Part shown: one piece after another, positions 18,568 to 27,384 of the stretch
Layout: each line of letters begins with the position of its first letter
Numbering within the stretch: position 1 is the stretch's first letter
Assembly (NCBI RefSeq): GCF_016127575.1
Contig: NZ_CP066018.1
Coordinates: 1,380,001 to 1,412,000, forward strand
Reading direction: 5' to 3'
DNA length: 32,000 bases
From: Cupriavidus necator
GTDB lineage: Bacteria; Pseudomonadota; Gammaproteobacteria; Burkholderiales; Burkholderiaceae
Program-made: the position numbers and the translations under genes
Notes under the pieces: generated by a model
Seen by the model: only the letters and a program-made list of their open reading frames with translations
What the model was told of the DNA's origin: nothing
The model's database searches: none

Positions 18568-20922
18568 TCACGCCTGCGAGCGATGGCCGGCATCGACAAA
18601 GCGCCCGAGATGCGCCGAGGCATTGCCGAGCAGTGCATCGTTGGCCATCAGGCGCTTGCTGTAGTGACTGATCGGGGTTTCGTCCTGCATGCCGATCGCC
18701 CCATGCAGTTGCAGGGCGTCAAGCGCAAGCACACGGCTGGCATGGCCAACCATGTACTTGGCGGCGCTGACGCGGCGCGAGCGCTCGGCCGGCGGCACCA
18801 GGGACCAGCCTGCAACGGCTTCGCGCACCAGCTGGCGTGCGGCATGCCAGCCGCGATAGTGGTCGGCCACCCGATGCTGAAGCACTTGCTGCTCTGAAAG
18901 GGTGCGGCCGAACTGCTTGCGCATGCGCATGTACTCAACCGTGAGGGCAAGCGATCGCCGCATGGCCCCGATGCTTTCCGCGCAGAGGGCGAGGGTGGCA
19001 AGTTCCAGCGCGTCGTCCAGCAACGCCGTGGCGTGGTCCGCGCCGCAGAGCAGCGCGGACGCAGGCAGTTCGACGTTGTCGAAGCGAATGTCCGCCGCGC
19101 TGCGCCCGTCGTGGAGCTGATAGGCACGCAGGCCGACACCGGCCGCCTGGCTCGGCACATCGAACAGCGCCAGCCCGCCTTCAGGCAGGCAAGCCGTAAC
19201 AAACAGATGCTGCGCCTGGGCGGCGCCCATCACCAGCCGGTTGACGCCGTGCAGGCGCCAGTGCGCGCCATCCCGGCGCGCAACGGTTTCAGGATGGTGG
19301 ACGTCGCGGCGGGACTGGCCCTCGCGATAAGCCAGCGCGCAGCGGGCCTGGCCGCTGGCCAGCGCTGCGAGCAGCGGTTCGCGTCCTTCTGCGTTCTCCG
19401 CGCCAAGCAGCACCTGCGTGCCGAGGACCGCGCTCCAGAGCATGGGCTCCACCACCAGGGCCTCGCCGAGCGCTTCCAGCAATGGCATGAGGTCGGACAG
19501 GGTGCCGCCCAGGCCGCCGTCGCACTCCGGGATCAGCAGGCCGGTCAGGCCCAGCTCGGCAAGGGCAGCCCATGCGGCAGGGTCGAAGCCGTCCCTGGCA
19601 GCCACGGCCTCGCGCCTGCGCTCGAAGCCGTAGTGCTTGTCCAGCCAGCGGCGCAGGGTGCCGTCCATGATCGCCTGCTGCTCGTCCATCTGGTCCTGGC
19701 GGGGGCGGTCGATCTCGGTCAGTCCGCCGAACACAGCCTTGGCAACGATCTGGCGTTGTATCTCCGACGAGCCCCCGGCCAGCGTGATGCCACGGTAGCG
19801 CCAGTAGTGCAGCGGAAAATTCTCGGCATGGCCAGGAGATAGCGGCTCCGGACTGGGCTCGCCATCGATCGCGCGGGGATCGAAGGGCAATGTTCGGGCG
19901 CCCAACGCATCCAGCTTGAACGTGTGCAGGTCCTGCAGCAGCAGGTTGCCATCGAGCTTGAGCAGCGAGGCTTCCAGCTCAGGACTGCCGCCCTGCTCAG
20001 CAAACCGCACTGCCGGCCACCACGCGGCTTCGAGCGCGCGCATGCGAATGTCCAGCTCGGCATGCCGGCGCGCCAGCAAGGCATCGTCGATCTGCGCGCC
20101 GGGGCCCGGGCGCCATTTGCCGGCCAGTTTCGCGACGCTGGCCAGCTCCGCCTTGCAGTCTCCCACCCGGGCGACGAACAGGCGCTCGATCACCAGCAGT
20201 CCCTTGGCGATGGACCAGCCGGCGTGTTCCACGCCCACCAGGTTGGCCGCGGGCACCCGCACGTCGTCGAAGAACATCTGCACGTGGAAGTGCGCGCCGT
20301 TGATAAAGCGGATCGGCCGCACCGTCACGCCCGGTGTGCGCAGGTCCATCAGCAGCACCGAGATGCCCTCTTGCTTGCGTCGGGCAGACGGATCGGTGCG
20401 GACCAGCACCAGTGCCCAGTTGGCCCACTGGCCCAGGGTCTGCCAGATCTTGCTGCCGTTGACGACCCATTCGTCGCCATCGCGGCGCGCAACGGTGCGC
20501 AAAGACGCTAGGTCGGACCCGGCGTCGGGCTCGGAATAGCCTTGCGCCCAGAAGTCATCGAAGGACAGCATGCCGGGCAGGAAGCGCCGGCACTGCTCGG
20601 GCGTGCCATAGCGGATCAGCGTGGGTCCGATGGTATCGATGCCGAGATTGTCATAGCGCGGCGCGTCGCTGGCCGCCAGCTCTTCCCGGAAGATTGCCTG
20701 CTCCACCAGCGACCATCCCGGGCCGCCGTACTCCCGCGGCCAGCCAGGTGCCGCCCACCCGCGCGCATGCAGGATCCGCTGCCAGCGCACGGCCTGCTCG
20801 CGCGTCACCAGGCAATGGGCGCGCGAAGCGGCCCGGATATCGGGCGGGACCACCTCGCGCAGGAAGCTGCGAACCTCCTGGCGGAATGCTTCGAGGCGAT
20901 CGGCTCGGGAATGATCTGGCAT
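18568..20922 (-). CDS. Tandem-fused acyl-CoA dehydrogenase: N-terminal half looks catalytic, C-terminal half looks degenerate
   Basis: 784 aa from ATG 20922. The ORF-track start at 21042 would overlap the upstream crotonase gene. The N-terminal half has GYSEPDAGSDLAS and GGSSEIQRQI. The C-terminal half has the ACAD fold pattern but shows LGNASAHLGR at the catalytic box. Confidence 0.85.
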   Translation of the reverse strand: MPDHSRADRLEAFRQEVRSFLREVVPPDIRAASRAHCLVTREQAVRWQRILHARGWAAPGWPREYGGPGWSLVEQAIFREELAASDAPRYDNLGIDTIGPTLIRYGTPEQCRRFLPGMLSFDDFWAQGYSEPDAGSDLASLRTVARRDGDEWVVNGSKIWQTLGQWANWALVLVRTDPSARRKQEGISVLLMDLRTPGVTVRPIRFINGAHFHVQMFFDDVRVPAANLVGVEHAGWSIAKGLLVIERLFVARVGDCKAELASVAKLAGKWRPGPGAQIDDALLARRHAELDIRMRALEAAWWPAVRFAEQGGSPELEASLLKLDGNLLLQDLHTFKLDALGARTLPFDPRAIDGEPSPEPLSPGHAENFPLHYWRYRGITLAGGSSEIQRQIVAKAVFGGLTEIDRPRQDQMDEQQAIMDGTLRRWLDKHYGFERRREAVAARDGFDPAAWAALAELGLTGLLIPECDGGLGGTLSDLMPLLEALGEALVVEPMLWSAVLGTQVLLGAENAEGREPLLAALASGQARCALAYREGQSRRDVHHPETVARRDGAHWRLHGVNRLVMGAAQAQHLFVTACLPEGGLALFDVPSQAAGVGLRAYQLHDGRSAADIRFDNVELPASALLCGADHATALLDDALELATLALCAESIGAMRRSLALTVEYMRMRKQFGRTLSEQQVLQHRVADHYRGWHAARQLVREAVAGWSLVPPAERSRRVSAAKYMVGHASRVLALDALQLHGAIGMQDETPISHYSKRLMANDALLGNASAHLGRFVDAGHRSQA

Positions 20923-20977
20923 GGTTGGCCCTTTGATGAAAGCACTGCTGGGTTGCGTTCTCCTGACGGGATCACAG

Positions 20978-21760
20978 TCACCCTGGCGACCATGCCGGCT
21001 TGCGCTTCTCCACGAACGCCGCCACGCCTTCCTTTGCGTCATCGGTTACCGCGATATTCCCGAAGCTCTCCACCGCACCGGCTACGCCGCGGCGGTAGTC
21101 GGAGTCGTTGGCGCGCAGGAAGGCGGCGCGGCCCATTCGCACGATGGTGGGCGATTTCTCGCAGAAGGATTGCGCCAGCGCCCGGGCTTCGCGCATGACG
21201 TCCGGCTGCGGCACGACGCGGCTGACCAGGCCAAGCCGCCAGGCTTCGTCGGCATCGAATGCGCGCCCGGTGAACAGCAGGTCAAAGGCGCGGTGGCGCC
21301 CGACGATGCGCGGCAGATGCGTGTAGTGGATGGCAGGGATCATGCCGACGTCGATCTCGGGATAGCCAAATGTTGCGTCCTCGGCCGCGACGATCATGTC
21401 GCACGAGATGGCCAGGGTCATGCCACCGCCGCGCGCCGCACCCTCGACCGCCGCGATCGACGGCTTCTTCAGCTGGAACTGCGCCTCGCACAACCCCACA
21501 TAGAGTTTCTCCACCAGCGCATAGAGCTGGCTCGGTGAAGACTGCTGCACGGCATCGAGCCGCAGGCCGGCACAGAAGCGGCGCGGGATGGCGCTGCCGA
21601 GGATGACGGCGCGCACCGAGTCGTCTTCGGCGGCGCGCCGCAAGGCGCCGATCAGGTCGTCGATCATGGCCTCGTTCAGCGCATTGACTGGCAGGCTGTC
21701 CAGCTGGATTTCGGCGACCTGGTCGCGCACGGCATAGCGAATGGAGGACATGGATTCCAT
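20978..21760 (-). CDS. Enoyl-CoA hydratase/isomerase (crotonase) family protein
   Basis: 260 aa: VRAVILGSAIPRRFCAGLRLD...AAVEGAARGGGMTLAISCDMIVAAEDATFGYPEIDVGMIP. Confidence 0.88.
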   Translation of the reverse strand: MESMSSIRYAVRDQVAEIQLDSLPVNALNEAMIDDLIGALRRAAEDDSVRAVILGSAIPRRFCAGLRLDAVQQSSPSQLYALVEKLYVGLCEAQFQLKKPSIAAVEGAARGGGMTLAISCDMIVAAEDATFGYPEIDVGMIPAIHYTHLPRIVGRHRAFDLLFTGRAFDADEAWRLGLVSRVVPQPDVMREARALAQSFCEKSPTIVRMGRAAFLRANDSDYRRGVAGAVESFGNIAVTDDAKEGVAAFVEKRKPAWSPG

Positions 21761-21816
21761 TGAGTGGATATGGGACGGGCTTCAGTTGACTTGGGGGCGG
21801 GCTTGCCTCGCGCTCA

Positions 21817-23019
21817 CTACGTGACGGATCCGGCGACCGCCACGATGCCGTCGGCCTGGTAGCGCCGGATCATGTCGGGGCCAAAGCCTGCCTCGCGCAG
21901 AATTTCCTCGGTGTGCTGCCCCAGCAGGGGCGGCGCGCGGTGCGCCTGCCGCTTGCCGTCGCGAAACCGCACCGGCAAACCCATGTTCCGGACCGTGCCC
22001 AGCACCGGGTGTTCCGATTCGACCACCAGCTGCCGCGCCTCCAGCTGCGGGTGGGCAAGGGCCTGGTCGAGTGTGTGGATGGGCGAGCAGGCCACGCCTG
22101 CCGCGCGCAATGCCTGCAGCCAGAATGCGACCGGCTGCGTGGCGATGCGGCGCTGCACGAGGTCCACGGTGCGCGCGAAGTTGGCCACGCGCGCCGCATT
22201 GGTGGCGAACGCGGGGTCGTCGACGTGGTCGTGCAGCCCGGCGACCGTGCAGAAGCGGCGCCACTGGGCATCGTTGCCGACGCCGATCATGAGCGGGCCA
22301 TCCGCTGCATCGAAGGCCTGGTACGGGGCCATGGCGGGGTGCGCGGTCCCCATGCGCGCCGGCGCCCGGCCGGTGCGCCAGTAGTTCTGCGCCATGTAGC
22401 CCATGAAGCCGAGCGCGGTATCGAGCAGCGAGACCTCCAGGTAGACGCCGTGCCCGGTCTTTTCGCGTTCGATCAACGCGGCCAGGATGCCGCTGAAGGC
22501 ATGCATGCCCGTGCCCAGGTCGACCGGAGAGAAACTGGCGCGCGCCAGCTTGCCTGCCGGATCGCCCATGGTGCTAATCATGCCGCTGAACGCCTGCAGC
22601 ATGACGTCATAGCCGGGCTCGTTGCCGAGCGGGCCGGTGCGGCCATAGCCGGAGATCTCGCAGTAGATCAGGCGGGGATTGCGCGCGCTCAGGCTGTCAT
22701 GGTCCACGCCCAGCCGGGCCGCGGTGCCTCCGCCGAAGCCCTGCAGCACGATGTCCGCGCCGGCGGCCAGGGTCTGCACGAGCTGCTGTCCCTCGGCGGT
22801 CTTGAGGTCGACCGCGATGCTGCGCTTGTTGTGGTTGACCGAAAGGAAGGTTGCCGACTGGCCCTGCTCCTGCGGCAGCCAGGCGCGGGTATCGTCCCCC
22901 ACGCCGATCGGCTCGACCTTGACGACGTCGGCGCCGAGTTCCCCCAGATACTGGCCGCACAGCGGGCCGGCCAGCACCTTGCTCAGGTCCAGCACGCGAA
23001 TTCCTTGTAGCGCAAGCAT
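21817..23019 (-). CDS. Family III (CaiB/BaiF) CoA-transferase
   Basis: MLALQGIRVLDLSKVLAGPLCGQYLGELGADVVKVEP...GYDVMLQAFSG. I prefer the ATG at 23019 to the TTG at 23031 used by the ORF track. Confidence 0.9.
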   Translation of the reverse strand: MLALQGIRVLDLSKVLAGPLCGQYLGELGADVVKVEPIGVGDDTRAWLPQEQGQSATFLSVNHNKRSIAVDLKTAEGQQLVQTLAAGADIVLQGFGGGTAARLGVDHDSLSARNPRLIYCEISGYGRTGPLGNEPGYDVMLQAFSGMISTMGDPAGKLARASFSPVDLGTGMHAFSGILAALIEREKTGHGVYLEVSLLDTALGFMGYMAQNYWRTGRAPARMGTAHPAMAPYQAFDAADGPLMIGVGNDAQWRRFCTVAGLHDHVDDPAFATNAARVANFARTVDLVQRRIATQPVAFWLQALRAAGVACSPIHTLDQALAHPQLEARQLVVESEHPVLGTVRNMGLPVRFRDGKRQAHRAPPLLGQHTEEILREAGFGPDMIRRYQADGIVAVAGSVT

Positions 23020-23066
23020 GGGCAGTTTCAATGGATGTAAAGTCGGATGAGAGGGCCGGGTGGCGG

Positions 23067-24041
23067 CTATTCCGCCCGAATGCCAATGCTGCGGGCCGCG
23101 GCAGTCCAGCGTTCAGCATCGCGGTCGACAAAGGCCTGCACTTGCGCCGGGGCGATCAGGAGCGGCTCTGCGCCACGCGCGGCCAGGGCGCGCTGATAGG
23201 CGGGATCGGCCAGCGCCCTGGCCAGGGCCTGGCGCAGCGCGGACACGATCTCAGGCGGGGTCCTGGCCGAAGCCTGGAGCGACAGCCAGTACTTCATGGC
23301 CAGGCCGCCGTAGCCCGCCTCCTTCATGGTGGGGACGGCCGGCAACAGCGGCGACCGCTCTGCCGAGGTGATCGCCAGCCCCTTCAGCTTGCCGCCCTGA
23401 ATCTGGCTCACGCAGGTGGTCATGCTGTCGAACAGGAAGTCCACCTGGCCCGCCATCACATCGCTGCTGGCCGGCGCGCTGCCCTTGTACGGCACTTCAA
23501 TGGCCGAGAAGCCGGCCAGCCGCTGGAGCAGCGCACCGTAGATATGCGGAGAACTCCCCGGCCCGTAGGTGGCAAAGGTGAGGTTGCCGGGCCGCTGCTT
23601 GCCAAGCCTGACCAGGTCGCCCATGGTCGAGACACCGAGCTTGCCCGGATGGACCACCAGCACGTTCGGCACGGTGGCGGCAATGCCGATGGCCACGAAA
23701 TCGCGCTGCGGCAGGAAGCGCGCGGCTGGGTACATCAGGGGATTGACCGCCTGCATGCCGACCGTGTTCAGCAGCAGGGTATGGCCATCGGCCTCCGTGT
23801 CCAGCACGAACTGCGCTCCCAGGTTGCCGCTGGCGCCTGGCTTGTTCTCGACCACGACCGGCTGCGCCAGCACCTGCGCGAGATGCTTCGCGGCCAGGCG
23901 CGCGACGAAATCGCCCGGACCTCCCGCCGCGAACGGCACCACGATCCTGACCGGCCTGGAAGGCCAGCCCTGTGCAAACCCGTGCCGGGCCAGCAAGGCG
24001 GCGGCAGTGCCGAGCAGCAGGGTGCGGCGGCTGAATGTCAT
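23067..24041 (-). CDS. Bug/TctC-family periplasmic solute-binding protein
   Basis: 324 aa with a signal peptide and the family motifs RPVRIVVPFAAGG and VENKPGASG. A GGAG RBS precedes the ATG. Confidence 0.9.
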   Translation of the reverse strand: MTFSRRTLLLGTAAALLARHGFAQGWPSRPVRIVVPFAAGGPGDFVARLAAKHLAQVLAQPVVVENKPGASGNLGAQFVLDTEADGHTLLLNTVGMQAVNPLMYPAARFLPQRDFVAIGIAATVPNVLVVHPGKLGVSTMGDLVRLGKQRPGNLTFATYGPGSSPHIYGALLQRLAGFSAIEVPYKGSAPASSDVMAGQVDFLFDSMTTCVSQIQGGKLKGLAITSAERSPLLPAVPTMKEAGYGGLAMKYWLSLQASARTPPEIVSALRQALARALADPAYQRALAARGAEPLLIAPAQVQAFVDRDAERWTAAARSIGIRAE

Positions 24042-24130
24042 GGCAGTCTCCGGTGTGGTTCCCTTGTCCCTGGCCGGACACGCTTGCCTGGCAGGATGGG
24101 AATCTGGTTGCCACTATGGCGCCGGCCTTG

Positions 24131-24182
24131 CTATAAGTAAAAGACCGTTTCACGATGCCATACATATAATTTTTATATACTG
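24131..24182. promoter_or_regulatory. AT-rich divergent promoter/operator patch between the Bug-led operon and the LysR gene
   Basis: The sequence is ctataagtaaaagaccgtttcacgatgccatacatataatttttatatactg, set in otherwise GC-rich DNA. It contains TATAAT (24165-24170, plus strand) and the inverted repeat ATATAA-N3-TTATAT (24164-24178), which fits a T-N11-A LysR-type box. Confidence 0.45.
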
Positions 24183-24221
24183 AGCTCCCCGCCTTGTCGC
24201 GCGTTTGCTGGAAATCCCATC

Positions 24222-25178
24222 ATGGCCATTGATATACGGGATCTGCGGTGCTTCCTGGCCGTCGTGTCCGCAGGCTCGATCTCGCGGGCGGCCGAGCACA
24301 TGCATCTGGCCCAGCCGGCGCTGAGCCTCCAGATCAAGCAACTCGAGCAAGAACTACGCGTCAGGCTGTTCGACCGTACCCAGAGGGGCGTGCTACCCAC
24401 GGCGGCGGGCCTGCGCTTCGTGAGCCACGCCAAGGACATCCTGACCCGCGTCGACCTGGCCTGCGAGGATGTCCGCGACTTCGTGGCCGAGCCGGCGGGC
24501 CGTGTCGCGATCGGCCTGCCCCAGTCCATGGCGCAGATCCTGACCCTGGCGCTGGTGCGCGAGACGCTGGCGCGCTGGCAGAAGATCCAGCTCCAGATCA
24601 TCGAACTGAGCACGGGCTATATCCCGGAGCGCCTGCTCAGCGGGCACATCGACATCGGCCTGACCTTCCAGGTGGATCCTGGCGCCGGGCTGCTGTTCGA
24701 GCATCTGCTGGACGAGGACCTGGTCCTGGTGGGACCCCCTGGCGCGCTCCATGGGGCGCCGAATGCCAGCGGCAGTCCGGGCACGGTCGGCCAGGTCGCC
24801 TTCGCCGAACTGGCTGACTACGCCATGCTCCTGCCGGCCGGGCTGCATGGCCTGCGCGCGCTGATCGACCGCCATGCGAAATCCCATCACGTCAGCTTGC
24901 GCGTGCTGGCGGAGGTCAACGCCATTCCGCAGTTGATCGAGCTGGCCGCGGCGGGGGTCGGCTTCACCATCCTGTCCTATGCGTCGGTCCGCCGCGAATT
25001 GCGCAGCGGCTTGCTGTCCGCGGCCCGCATCGTCGAGCCCGGCATTTCGCGGCCGGTCTACCTGTGCCGCTCTGCCACCACCCCACTGTCGATGGCCGCA
25101 TCGACCGTGCAAGCGCTGATTTCCGACACGGTGCAGGCCCTGGTCGCCGACGGCCGCTGGCCGGCACACGCTTCCTGA
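24222..25178 (+). CDS. LysR-family transcriptional regulator
   Basis: 318 aa with the wHTH segment LRCFLAVVSAGSISRAAEHMHLAQPALSLQIKQLEQEL. It is divergent from the catabolic operon. Confidence 0.93.
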   Translation: MAIDIRDLRCFLAVVSAGSISRAAEHMHLAQPALSLQIKQLEQELRVRLFDRTQRGVLPTAAGLRFVSHAKDILTRVDLACEDVRDFVAEPAGRVAIGLPQSMAQILTLALVRETLARWQKIQLQIIELSTGYIPERLLSGHIDIGLTFQVDPGAGLLFEHLLDEDLVLVGPPGALHGAPNASGSPGTVGQVAFAELADYAMLLPAGLHGLRALIDRHAKSHHVSLRVLAEVNAIPQLIELAAAGVGFTILSYASVRRELRSGLLSAARIVEPGISRPVYLCRSATTPLSMAASTVQALISDTVQALVADGRWPAHAS

Positions 25179-25246
25179 GGCCAGGCTGGCCTACTGCGCA
25201 AGCTACGCCCGGGTAAACTGTCGGGAACACCACAATCGAAGCTGCG

Positions 25247-26524
25247 ATGCGGATTTTTGCATCGCACCTTTCCCCCGCCATGCGCCTCATCCTGATCACC
25301 TTCGGTACCCAGGGCGACTGCCGCCCCATCGTCGCGCTGGGCCTCGGCCTGCGCGCCGCCGGCCATGACGTGCTGATGCTGGGCGAACGCTCGGCGGCCA
25401 CGCTCGCGGCAGAGCACGGCCTCGCCTTCGCGCCGATGGCAGGCGATATCCAGCAGACGCTGGCGCCCGGCGGCGCGCTGCACAAGCTGATGACCGAAGG
25501 CGGCAACGTCGCCGAGGCCACGCGTGCATTCGCGCGCATTGCCGAGGACAACACCGAGGCGTGGATGGCGCAGCTGGCGGAGGCTGCGCGCGATGCGGAC
25601 GGCATCGTGTTCTCGGGGCTGACGGCGTATGTGGCGCTGTCGGTGGGCGAGCAGTTGGGCAAGCCGGTGATCGGCGCGGGCATGTTCCCGATCTCGCCGA
25701 CGCGGGCCTTTCCGTCCGCGCTGCTGCCGCCGTTCAGGATGCCGGGGTGGGCCAATCGCGCCAGCCACCACGTGATCAACTTCGTGCTGTGGCGCATGTT
25801 CCGTAGCGCGACCAATGCTGCGCGCTCCAGGCTGTTCGGCGCGTCGGCGCGCAAGGCGATGTGGGCGGACTTTCCTACGCTGTACGCGATCTCGCCGCAG
25901 CTGGTCCCGCGTCCGCATGACTGGCATGACGACTGGCTGGTGAGCGGCGCGTGGACCATGCCGCCGCAGCCGGACTGGCAACCGGACGCGCCGCTGCGCG
26001 ACTTCCTGGCGGCCGGCGAGGCGCCGCTGTATATCGGCTTTGGCAGCATGGCGGGCTTTGACCGGCACAAGGTGGTGACGGCGCTGGTGCAGGCGGCCGA
26101 TGGCCGGCGCGCGCTGTTCTATCCGGGCTGGAGCGGCATCGACGTGGCGGCGTTGCCATCCAGCTTCCACGTGGTGGGCGCCACCCCGCATGACTGGCTG
26201 TTGCCGCGCGTGTCGGCGGCAATCCATCACGGCGGTGCGGGCACCACGCATGCGGCCGCGGCGGCGGGCGTGCCGGCGATCGTGCTGCCGTTTGCGGGCG
26301 ACCAGTTCTTCTGGGCGGGCCGGCTGGCGGCACTGGGCGTGGCGCCGCGTCATGTCGCCGGGCACAAGATCGACGCGCCGCGGCTGGCGTCGATGATCGC
26401 CTTTGCCGAGCAGCCGGCCACGCGCGAACGGGCCGCCAGGCTGGGCCGCGCGATGGCCGCCGAGCGTGGCGTCGACCACGCCGTGGCGGCGATTGAGCGC
26501 TTTTGCGGCAGGCAGGGCGCATAA
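25247..26524 (+). CDS. GT1-family (MGT/sterol-glucosyltransferase-like) UDP-glycosyltransferase
   Basis: MRLILITFGTQGDCRPIVALGLGLRAAGHDV, and the C-terminal nucleotide-sugar motif HHGGAGTTHAAAAAGVPAIVLPFAGDQFFWA. The true start may be the ATG at 25280 (MRLILITFG...), which matches usual GT1 N-termini. Confidence 0.85.
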   Translation: MRIFASHLSPAMRLILITFGTQGDCRPIVALGLGLRAAGHDVLMLGERSAATLAAEHGLAFAPMAGDIQQTLAPGGALHKLMTEGGNVAEATRAFARIAEDNTEAWMAQLAEAARDADGIVFSGLTAYVALSVGEQLGKPVIGAGMFPISPTRAFPSALLPPFRMPGWANRASHHVINFVLWRMFRSATNAARSRLFGASARKAMWADFPTLYAISPQLVPRPHDWHDDWLVSGAWTMPPQPDWQPDAPLRDFLAAGEAPLYIGFGSMAGFDRHKVVTALVQAADGRRALFYPGWSGIDVAALPSSFHVVGATPHDWLLPRVSAAIHHGGAGTTHAAAAAGVPAIVLPFAGDQFFWAGRLAALGVAPRHVAGHKIDAPRLASMIAFAEQPATRERAARLGRAMAAERGVDHAVAAIERFCGRQGA

Positions 26525-26565
26525 TCCCGTTCCGCATTCCGCATTCACTGACGCAGGACCTTCCG

Positions 26566-27135
26566 ATGTTGAACCGTACCCAGCAAATCCTTGTTGCCAT
26601 CGTCGCCGTGGCTGTCCTTGGCATGTTGTGGTTTGCCGGCAATGACCGCCGCGACGATGTCGGCGATGCCGCGCCCGAGGCGCAGGCCGAAGCCAGCGCG
26701 GTGCCGGCCAGCGTCGTGCGCGGGATCCCGCGCGATGGCACGCTCGACCCGATCAGCATTGACCCGGAGCGCCCCGCGGACCGGCTGCCGCAGCTCCAGG
26801 CCGACACGCTGCTGAATGACTACCGCGACAACCCCAAGGAAGCCGACACCCGCTACCTGGGCCAGTACCTGATCGTCGAAGGCGTCGCCAGCGGCATTCG
26901 CCGCGAGCGCGACCAGGTCTTTGTCGATATCCGCACCAACGATCCCGGCGTGAATGTGCGCGCACTGCTGCTGCAACGCCAGATCTGCGGCCCGGCAGGG
27001 CGGGTGTGCGAGGTGGAAGCACGAGCCACCATGGTGCGGCGCGGCCAGAAGGTCGCGCTCGAATGCAACGGCGCAGGGCTGGCGGATGGCGCACCGCTGC
27101 TGCGCGACTGCCTGCTGCGCGGCGGCGCCAACTGA
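26566..27135 (+). CDS. Membrane-anchored OB-fold protein (tRNA_anti-like / PF12869-type domain), function unknown
   Basis: 189 aa from ATG 26566, with AGGA 7 nt upstream. It has an N-terminal TM (ILVAIVAVAVLGMLWFAG), an acidic linker, and then LLNDYRDNPKEADTRYLGQYLIVEGVASGI...VFVDIRT, the pattern of that family. Confidence 0.6.
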   Translation: MLNRTQQILVAIVAVAVLGMLWFAGNDRRDDVGDAAPEAQAEASAVPASVVRGIPRDGTLDPISIDPERPADRLPQLQADTLLNDYRDNPKEADTRYLGQYLIVEGVASGIRRERDQVFVDIRTNDPGVNVRALLLQRQICGPAGRVCEVEARATMVRRGQKVALECNGAGLADGAPLLRDCLLRGGAN

Positions 27136-27165
27136 TCGCGCCATCCTAGATTCCGGAGTCCCGCC

Positions 27166-27369
27166 ATGCAATCCGTTCTGTCCGTCCTTGCCATCCTGAT
27201 CATGGTGGCCACCATCGTCGGCGTGGTTTCGCCCGCCTGGCTCAGCCAGACGCTGTTTGGCGGCAGACCCGTCACGCGGCTGCAGGTCGCAGTGATCGGG
27301 GTCTGCCTTGCCGGGCTGTGCCTGGTCCTGGTGGGCCGGCTGGCTCAAGGCGGCGGCGCGGGCGGCTGA
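27166..27369 (+). CDS. Hypothetical 67-aa two-TM membrane protein
   Basis: There are two hydrophobic helices (VLSVLAILIMVATIVGVV and VAVIGVCLAGLCLVLVG). A GGAG precedes the ATG, and a terminator hairpin follows the gene. Confidence 0.5.
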   Translation: MQSVLSVLAILIMVATIVGVVSPAWLSQTLFGGRPVTRLQVAVIGVCLAGLCLVLVGRLAQGGGAGG

Positions 27370-27384
27370 GGCGCCACCGCGGCG

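Noticed and set aside
17539-25178. The catabolic operon as a compositionally distinct, horizontally acquired island.
   Set aside because: My hand counts of single 60-nt lines gave 63% GC in the Bug gene (17581-17640) and 65% in gatA (9001-9060). That difference is not meaningful at this sample size, and there are no flanking repeats or integrase genes.
24964-26807. Minus-strand ORFs of 368, 496 and 310 aa opposite the GT1 gene.
   Set aside because: Antisense artefacts. The plus-strand frame carries the clear GT1 donor-binding motif.
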